A stretch of DNA of 64,000 nucleotides, from positions 5,184,001-5,248,000 of the forward strand of contig OZ245002.1 of NCBI GenBank assembly GCA_965223415.1, given 5' to 3'. The notes beneath the pieces are model-generated. The model worked only from the letters and a program-made list of their open reading frames with translations. It was not told where the DNA came from and made no database searches. Both the position numbers and the translations under genes were made by a program. Shown piece after piece: positions 57,538-64,000 of this stretch. The first letter of the stretch is position 1; every line of letters begins with the position of its first letter. The stretch comes from Myxococcota bacterium (GTDB taxonomy: Bacteria > Myxococcota_A > UBA9160 > UBA6930).

Positions 57538-58238
57538 TCGAGGGCCTCGGTCCAGTGGGCGAGGAAGAACTGGCGCTCCTGCAGCCCCCAGCCGTCGAAC
57601 GGACCGACGAGGGGACGCAGGGTGGTGGTGAGCTGGGCCAGCACCAGCAGGAAGACGGCCGCCCAGAGCCGCACCACCGGGAGCGGCCGACGGCTGAGGC
57701 GCTCGAGGCCGCCCCGCACGAGACGCACGCCGAAGGCCGCACTGACCGCGACGAACACGAGATGCAGCCCGCCGAGGAAGGCGGGCGACGCGGTCGCCTG
57801 GCTGAACACGAAGCCGACCGGTGCGAAGCCGACCAGCAGGATCGCCAGCACCGCCACGCCCATCAGCAGGACGCCCGCCGTCTCTCGGAAGCTCTGGGTC
57901 CCGCCGCCGAGGCAGGTAAGGATGTAGAGACTCGGGAGACAGATCCCGGCGGCGAAGAGCAGGCCCAGCGCGGCGCGCAGTGGAACGGCCAGGAGTTGCA
58001 GGCCGCCGGCGTGGAGCGCCATCACGAAGCCCGTGGCCGCGGTGGCCGCAAGGGCGATCCCCACCAGCGGCAGCGCCACCGGCCCGCCCTGCACGATCTC
58101 GTGCAGGATCCGGGTGGGGCTCTTCAGGAGCGCGTCGACGATCCGGCCCAGGCCGTGCTCTTCCAGGGCGGCGAGCTCGCCCTCCAGGCCGGGCACGGCA
58201 GGCGAGCGAGGAGGCGGCGGGGGGGTGGCGTCGGTCAT
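57534..58238 (-). CDS. Hypothetical multi-pass membrane protein, apparent paralogue of the neighbour
   Basis: DALLKSP...ICLPSLYI...APVGFVFS...QLTTTLRPLVG...FFLAHW; GGAGG RBS. Confidence 0.8.
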   Translation of the reverse strand: MTDATPPPPPRSPAVPGLEGELAALEEHGLGRIVDALLKSPTRILHEIVQGGPVALPLVGIALAATAATGFVMALHAGGLQLLAVPLRAALGLLFAAGICLPSLYILTCLGGGTQSFRETAGVLLMGVAVLAILLVGFAPVGFVFSQATASPAFLGGLHLVFVAVSAAFGVRLVRGGLERLSRRPLPVVRLWAAVFLLVLAQLTTTLRPLVGPFDGWGLQERQFFLAHWTEALE

Positions 58239-58391
58239 CGGGTCCTCCGGTGTGGAGGCCCGACGTTAGGCACCGGTGGTGGCGGGCCTGCGGTCGCCCG
58301 ATGGCCGACCCGGGGCAGAGCCCGGGCGGACCTGTGCAAGCGCTCCCACCGCCCCCTGGGCTCCGCCGGCGCCGGCCAGCGGGCGAAGCGC

Positions 58392-58688
58392 TCAGATCCG
58401 CGGTTGCCGGCGCGCCTCTTCGCGGGCGATCGAGAACACGAAGCGCGCGACCGCATCCGCGTCGGCGAAGGGAGCGGACGGCATGTCCTCGACCAAGCGC
58501 CGCATCACCGTTCGCGTGAGCCGCCGGGCGTCCGCCAGCCCCGGCGCCGCGACGAGGGCGAAGCCGTGGACGGGGGTGTACCAGCGCTCGAAGAACGCCT
58601 GGAACGCGTCCGGCTTGGCGGCGAGGAGGCCCTCGATCTCGTCGAGAGCCGGTTCGCTCGGAGCAGGGTGGAACTGGGGGTTGCCCAT
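58392..58688 (-). CDS. Small protein resembling ECF sigma-factor region 2 only
   Basis: DAFQAFFERWYTPVHGFA...ADARRLT..VM...FVFSIAR follows the ECF sigma2 pattern; stops at 98 aa. Confidence 0.55.
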   Translation of the reverse strand: MGNPQFHPAPSEPALDEIEGLLAAKPDAFQAFFERWYTPVHGFALVAAPGLADARRLTRTVMRRLVEDMPSAPFADADAVARFVFSIAREEARRQPRI

Positions 58689-58882
58689 GCTCGGTCTCGG
58701 TGGCGGCTGTGGGGGGAAGACCGGATGGCCGCCGGAAAAACGCTACCACGCCAGCGACCCCTGGGGCGACACTTACAAACGCTGTCTCGAAAAACCTGAG
58801 GAGCCCCGGGGCTCGAGGCTCCCCGCAGGGAGGCCCGTGGGCGGGGCGGATCACCGATCCGACATCGGTATCCTCCCTTTCG

Positions 58883-60466
58883 ATGGCCGAGGCCCCCCGC
58901 GCCCCCGAAGAAATCGAGCTGAAGCTCCAGATCGAGGCCGACGACCCGGCACGCGTCCTGGCGCACCCGCTCATCCGGCGCCTCGCCCGGGGCCGGAGCC
59001 AGCGCCGCCGTCTGCGGAGCGTCTACTTCGACACTCCCGAGCTCGCCCTCTACCAGCGCGGACTGGCGGTGCGACTGCGGGACGCCGAGCGCGGGCGAAT
59101 CCAGACGGTGAAGTCGCGGGGGGAGGCCCGTGCCGGGCTCTACCGCCGGGCCGAGGACCAGACCGAGGTGGCGGGCACCTCTCCGGAGCTTTGGGCCATC
59201 ACCGATCCGGAGCTCCGGGCGGCGGTCTACGCCGAGACCGAGGAGCGCGGCCGAACCCTCCATCCGAGCGTCGAGACCGAGGTGCGGCGGGTGACGCGCC
59301 AGCTGATCGCGGGCGAAACGGAGATCGAGCTGGCCCTCGACGTAGGCGAGCTGCGCACCCACCGGGGCGCGGAGCCGATCCGCGAGCTCGAGCTGGAGCT
59401 CGTGCACGGTGATCCGATCGAGCTCTACGACCTCGGCCTGGAGCTCGCAGCGGATCTCCCCCTGCGGCTCTCCACCCAGAGCAAGGCCGAGCGCGGCTTC
59501 GCCAGCCTGCTCGGCCTGACACCGGCTCCGAGCCGCGCCCGCCGGGTCGAGCTGGACGCCGACGCCACCCTCGACGACGCGCTGGCCGCCATCTTCGCCG
59601 AGTGCCTGCGCCAGATCACGGCCAACCTCGAGCCCGCCGCAGAGGGCGCCGACCCGGAGGGCGTCCACCAGCTACGGGTCGCCACCCGTCGCCTTCGCTC
59701 CGCCCTGAGCCTGCTGCGCGCCCAGCTGCCGGCGGAGCTCGGTCGGGAGCTGCGGGACGAGCTGCGGGGGCTGGCGAGCGCGCTCGGTCCCGCCCGCGAC
59801 CTCGACGTCTTCCTGGCCGAGACCCTCGAGCCGATCCTGGCCCTCCAGCCCGCCGAGGCGCACCTGAAGCGGCTGCGCGACGCCGCCCTGGAGGCGCGAG
59901 CCGACGCCTACGATCGCGTCCGCGAGGCGGTGACCTCACCGAGGACGACGCGGCTCCTGCTGCGCCTGGGCCGCACCCTCTCCTCCCGGGCGTGGCGCGA
60001 CCAGCCCCTCTCGCCGGAATCGGCCAGGCTCTTCTCGCCGGCCCGCGCGCACGCCGCCGAGCTGCTCGGCCGACACCACCGCAAGGCCCTGCGTGGCGGT
60101 CGCGATCTCACGCACCGGCCGGTCGAGGATCTCCACCGCCTGCGCATCACGCTGAAGAAGTTGCGCTACCTGGGCGAGTTCTTCGCCGGCCTCTACCCGC
60201 GCAAGCCTGCACGGCGGGTGCTGCGCCGGGCCGCCCGGCTGCAGGACGCCCTCGGGCACCTGAACGACAGCGCCAACGCCGAGGCCCTGCTCTCCCTCGT
60301 GCTGTCGCGGCTGGGCAGCGAGCTGGGCCCCGACCACCACCGGGCCGCCGGCTTCGTGATGGGCTGGATCCAGCGCGGCGGCAGCCAGGAGATCGGGCGC
60401 ATCGAGGCGCGCTGGCGGCGCTTCGCGGCCGCGGCGCCGTTCTGGGTCGATGGCGACGGCCGTTGA
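58883..60466 (+). CDS. CYTH + CHAD domain protein (inorganic triphosphatase YgiF-like)
   Basis: CYTH: EIELKL, SVYFDT, QTVK, ELELEL. CHAD: VHQLRVATRRLRS, ARDLDV, LHRLRITLKKLRY, LQDALGHLND. Confidence 0.93.
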   Translation: MAEAPRAPEEIELKLQIEADDPARVLAHPLIRRLARGRSQRRRLRSVYFDTPELALYQRGLAVRLRDAERGRIQTVKSRGEARAGLYRRAEDQTEVAGTSPELWAITDPELRAAVYAETEERGRTLHPSVETEVRRVTRQLIAGETEIELALDVGELRTHRGAEPIRELELELVHGDPIELYDLGLELAADLPLRLSTQSKAERGFASLLGLTPAPSRARRVELDADATLDDALAAIFAECLRQITANLEPAAEGADPEGVHQLRVATRRLRSALSLLRAQLPAELGRELRDELRGLASALGPARDLDVFLAETLEPILALQPAEAHLKRLRDAALEARADAYDRVREAVTSPRTTRLLLRLGRTLSSRAWRDQPLSPESARLFSPARAHAAELLGRHHRKALRGGRDLTHRPVEDLHRLRITLKKLRYLGEFFAGLYPRKPARRVLRRAARLQDALGHLNDSANAEALLSLVLSRLGSELGPDHHRAAGFVMGWIQRGGSQEIGRIEARWRRFAAAAPFWVDGDGR

Positions 60467-60497
60467 GCCGGCGATCGGTGCGACGAGTCGGGCTCCG

Positions 60498-61289
60498 ATG
60501 AAGACCACGCGACGCGGTCACCGCCTGGCGCCCTCCCTGGCGGACGTCGACCTGGACGTCTCCCTCGGGCGGGAGGCCTACGAGCGACGGCTCGCCCGCG
60601 GGCAGCTCCGGCTCCTCTACCTCCAGCGCCATCTCCTGGAGACCGGGAACCGCGCCGTCTTCGTCTTCGAGGGCTGGGACGCCGCCGGCAAGGGCGGCGC
60701 GATCCGGCGCCTGACCGAGAAGCTGGATCCGCGCAGCGTCCGCGTGCATCCCATCGGCGCACCGGACCTGCTCGACCACGGGCGCCACTACCTCCACCGC
60801 TTCTGGGCGCGCTTGCCCCGGGCGGGACGGCTCGTGATCTTCGACCGCAGCTGGTACGGACGAGTCCTCGTGGAGCGGGTCGAGCGACTGTGCACGCCTG
60901 CCGAGTGGCAACGAGCGTACGCAGAGATCGAGGACTTCGAGCAGCTGCTGATCCACGACGGAGTCCCGATCCTGAAGTTCTTCCTGCACATCTCCAAGCG
61001 CGAGCAGCTGAAGCGCTTCCGCGAGCGCGAGAAGGACCCGTTCAAGCGCTGGAAGATCACGCCGGACGACTGGCGCAACCGCGAGAAGTGGGCGGCCTAT
61101 CGCAAGGCAACGGACGAGATGCTGGCGCGCACCCACACTCGCCTCTCCCCCTGGCACGTGGTGGCCGGGGAGAGCAAGAAGCACGCCCGCATCCAGGTGA
61201 TCGAGACCACCATCGAGCGGCTCGGACACGCCTTCGGCGTGGACACGGAGCGGCTGCCGCCGGCCTGGCGCGCGAAGGACCGGGCGTGA
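60498..61289 (+). CDS. ppk2: Polyphosphate kinase 2 family protein (single domain)
   Basis: FEGWDAAGKGG, FDRSWYGRVLVERVE, KFFLHIS, WKITPDDWRNREKW. Confidence 0.92.
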   Translation: MKTTRRGHRLAPSLADVDLDVSLGREAYERRLARGQLRLLYLQRHLLETGNRAVFVFEGWDAAGKGGAIRRLTEKLDPRSVRVHPIGAPDLLDHGRHYLHRFWARLPRAGRLVIFDRSWYGRVLVERVERLCTPAEWQRAYAEIEDFEQLLIHDGVPILKFFLHISKREQLKRFREREKDPFKRWKITPDDWRNREKWAAYRKATDEMLARTHTRLSPWHVVAGESKKHARIQVIETTIERLGHAFGVDTERLPPAWRAKDRA

Positions 61290-61816
61290 GCGCGAAGCGA
61301 GTGCTCCTGTGGCGCCACGCGAAGGCCTCGGCCGGCGATCCCCGGCAGGAAGACGCGGAGCGTGTGCTCGCGCCGCGGGGCGAGCGCAACGCGGCCACGG
61401 TGGCGGGGCGGCTGCTGACCGAGCCGCCGGGACTCGTCCTGTGCTCGCCGGCCGTGCGCGCCCGCCAGACCCTCGCCGCCGCCGAAGCGGGCTGGGCGAA
61501 GCGGCCGGAGCTGCGCGTCGAGCCGGGGCTCTACCTGGCGGACCCCCTCGCCCTGCTGGAGCGCCTGGCGCGGATCGAGGAGGACACGGACGACGTGCTG
61601 ATGGTGGGCCACAACCCGGGCCTCGAACTGCTCGTGCGGCTGCTCGTCAGCAACGGTGAGCCAGCGGCGCTCGCGGGCTTTGCCGAGGGATTCAAGACCG
61701 GCGCGCTCGCAGACCTGCGGCTCGAGGTCGCGCTCTGGCGCGAGGTCGGCGCCGGTTGCGGCTACCTGCGCGCCTTCGACCGCCCGCGGGATCTCGAGGC
61801 GGCCGAGGCCCCTTGA
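61286..61816 (+). CDS. sixA: SixA-like phosphohistidine phosphatase
   Basis: LWRHAKA, CSPAVRARQT, MVGHNPG; GTGA overlap with ppk2. Confidence 0.85.
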   Translation: MSAKRVLLWRHAKASAGDPRQEDAERVLAPRGERNAATVAGRLLTEPPGLVLCSPAVRARQTLAAAEAGWAKRPELRVEPGLYLADPLALLERLARIEEDTDDVLMVGHNPGLELLVRLLVSNGEPAALAGFAEGFKTGALADLRLEVALWREVGAGCGYLRAFDRPRDLEAAEAP

Positions 61817-63168
61817 ACCGCAGCGTTCACCTGTACCGGAACGCGCGGGCGGTGCGCCGGGTGGCCTGGAACGGTCCGGAGGCCCTGCGCCCGTTGGCCT
61901 CGGAAGGCCTTCGCCAAGCGCGCCGCATCGGGCGCGAGGGCCCGCCGGAGATCGCCGCCATCTGGACCAGTCCGGCCCTGCGCTGCCGGCAGACCGTCGA
62001 GCCCCTGGCCCGGCGCCTCGGCCTGCCCGTCCGGGTGTGCGACGTCCTCGCCAAGGGCGGGGACCCCGGCAAGGCCTCGGCGCGAGTACGCAGTGCCACC
62101 CAGGAGCGACCGCTCCTGTGCTGCACCCACACGGACCTGGAGGCGGCCCTCGCGGCCCAGCTCGAGGACGACGGCGTGGCGATCGTGCGCTGGCCGCGGA
62201 CACCGGAGCCCGGCCCCGACGAGGTCCACCGGATCGGCGTGCTCGACCTGGGCAGCACGTCGTTCCATCTGCTGGTGGCAGATGCGACGCCCAGCGGTCA
62301 CATCCGCCCGGTCGACCGGGAGCGGGTGCAGCTCCGGCTGGGCGCGGTGATCGCGACCCGGGACGCCATCCCCGGTGAGGTCTTCGATCGCGCCGTCCGC
62401 ACCGCCGAGACCCTGCGCGCCGAGGCGGATGCCCTCGGGACCGAGACCCTGATCCCCGTCGGCACGGCCGCGTTGCGGGAGGCGACCAACGGCGAGGCCC
62501 TCGCCCGCGCCCTCGGCGACGCGATCGGCGCGCCGATCCGCCTGCTCTCCGGCGCGGAGGAGGCGCGCACCATCTTCCGCGCCTTCCAGCGCCGCGTGCT
62601 GCTGCCGCACGATCCAGTGCTCGGCGTGGACCTCGGCGGCGGGAGCCTGGAGCTCGTCGTCGGCGACGAGGATGCGGTGCGCTTCGAGGCCACGCTCCGC
62701 CTCGGGGCGGCGCGGCTCCACAGCCAGCTCGTGGCCACGGACCCGATGCGCAAGCGCGAGCTGCGGGCCGTGGCCGAGCGGGTCCATGAGCACCTGGATC
62801 CCCTGCGCGAATCGCTCCTCGAGCGGCCCCCCCGGGCCGCCGTGGCCACCGGCGGAAGCGCCCGCGCACTGGGCCAGCTGGCCCTCGGCCTGCGCGGCCG
62901 GCCTCCGGCATCCCATGTGAACGAGCTCGAGCTCTCGCTCGCAGAGCTGCGAGAAATCAGCGAAATCCTGATTCACTCCACTTATGAGGAGCGGCTCGCC
63001 CTGCCCGGCATCCGGCGCCGGCGCGCGGACCTCTTGCCCACCGCGGCCCTGATCCTGCTGGTGCTGGCGGAGGCCCTCGCCCTGGACGCCTACACCCTCT
63101 GCGACTGGGGCCTGCGCGAGGGCGTGATCCTGGCCCACCTCGAGGCCGCGACCGCCGGAGCGGCCTAG
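61813..63168 (+). CDS. ppx: Ppx/GppA exopolyphosphatase with an N-terminal degenerate histidine-phosphatase domain
   Basis: N-terminus LYRNARA...RPL...TSPALRCRQT. Ppx part: LDLGSTSFHL, TAALREA, LSGAEEA, DLGGGSLE, GLREG. TTGA overlap. Confidence 0.88.
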   Translation: MNRSVHLYRNARAVRRVAWNGPEALRPLASEGLRQARRIGREGPPEIAAIWTSPALRCRQTVEPLARRLGLPVRVCDVLAKGGDPGKASARVRSATQERPLLCCTHTDLEAALAAQLEDDGVAIVRWPRTPEPGPDEVHRIGVLDLGSTSFHLLVADATPSGHIRPVDRERVQLRLGAVIATRDAIPGEVFDRAVRTAETLRAEADALGTETLIPVGTAALREATNGEALARALGDAIGAPIRLLSGAEEARTIFRAFQRRVLLPHDPVLGVDLGGGSLELVVGDEDAVRFEATLRLGAARLHSQLVATDPMRKRELRAVAERVHEHLDPLRESLLERPPRAAVATGGSARALGQLALGLRGRPPASHVNELELSLAELREISEILIHSTYEERLALPGIRRRRADLLPTAALILLVLAEALALDAYTLCDWGLREGVILAHLEAATAGAA

Positions 63169-63965
63169 CGAGGCAGCCGGACCGGATCCTCCCCGCCCTG
63201 GATGCGCCGCTCGAGCTCCTCCAGGTCCAGGTCCTCGGCGCGGACGGTGAGGCCCACCCGGATCCAATCGAACACGAGGCGGGTCTCCGCCAAGGTGATC
63301 TCGTCCCGGAAGGCGAGCCGGGTCGGGAAGGGATGACCGGCGAAGGCCTCGACCCCGTCGAAGCGCAGCTCGCGGATGCGGGCCTGGGTGTGGTCGTACA
63401 CGTCGACGACGGCGGGCAGGCGTGTGCTGGGATCGACGTGGGTGACAACGCGCCCGTAGTAGTGGTACGGCGGGCTCGAGAGCGCCACCAGCTCACGGCC
63501 GTCTCGCTCGGTACGGCGAGCGCTGCCGGCCTTGCGGGTGCGCAGGTCCGTGAAGCCCAGGTCTTCGAGCCGGAAATGGGTGCCGGCGAACACCTCGGTG
63601 CCCTTCAGTCCGCGCATGCGCACGAAGCGCTGGAAGCGCACGTCCCAGCTCCAGCTCGCGAGTTCGCCCCCGTCCGGGGATTCGATCTTGAGCACGCCGG
63701 GCGCCGGCGTTCCCTCCTCCCGCATTTCCACGACGGCGACGAGGCGTCCGGGGCGGCTCTGGCGCAGCAGCTCGATCTCGAAGCGGCGCTCGGAGCCGGT
63801 CTCGTCCTTGGTCCAGGCGGCGATGTGTGCGCCCATGGTCTCCCCCGGGCGCAGCGCCGTGACCATCTTCTCGATCCACGGCGCGGGCTCGAGCGGCGTC
63901 TCGGCGCGGCCTCCCTGGGGTGCGAGCGCCAGGAGCGCTGCGCCGATCCAACCGATGCGTCCCAC
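63165..63965 (-). CDS. Outer-membrane lipoprotein-sorting (LolA-like) protein
   Basis: Signal peptide; FAGTHFRLEDL; YGRVVTHVD...DVYD...RELRF. Confidence 0.7.
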   Translation of the reverse strand: MGRIGWIGAALLALAPQGGRAETPLEPAPWIEKMVTALRPGETMGAHIAAWTKDETGSERRFEIELLRQSRPGRLVAVVEMREEGTPAPGVLKIESPDGGELASWSWDVRFQRFVRMRGLKGTEVFAGTHFRLEDLGFTDLRTRKAGSARRTERDGRELVALSSPPYHYYGRVVTHVDPSTRLPAVVDVYDHTQARIRELRFDGVEAFAGHPFPTRLAFRDEITLAETRLVFDWIRVGLTVRAEDLDLEELERRIQGGEDPVRLPR

Positions 63966-64000
63966 GTCGTCCTCCGGGCCGGAAGGGTAAGCCTGCTCTA

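Overview
High-GC, gene-dense bacterial chromosomal window; gene content and order suggest a Myxococcota/deltaproteobacterial-type organism (inference). Positions 1-9.3 kb hold a conserved core cluster on the minus strand (lptC-lptA-lptB-rpoN-ptsN-short hprK-rapZ-EIIA-ptsH-metK-yajC-secD). The rest is mostly accessory metabolism: actP/DUF4212, MoxR-VWA, multicopper oxidase, MATE, OTCase, pyrD, a TetR-P450-[FGGY kinase/2-hydroxyacid dehydrogenase/SCP2 triple fusion] unit, an EAL protein, a thiolase/DUF35/EthD operon ending in a stand-alone LanC-like gene, a sigma54 activator, exported SurE, a ThDP lyase/CoA-transferase pair, YcaQ, ppk1 and a CYTH-CHAD/PPK2/SixA/PPX polyphosphate operon. I found no rRNA, tRNA, CRISPR array, transposase or integrase. 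The most striking unannotated element lies just downstream of the sigma54 activator gene. It has a palindromic enhancer, a perfect -24/-12 promoter and a short C-tract-rich hairpin RNA, an architecture like the Myxococcus Pxr sRNA. All calls come from reading motifs by eye; no database searches were run.
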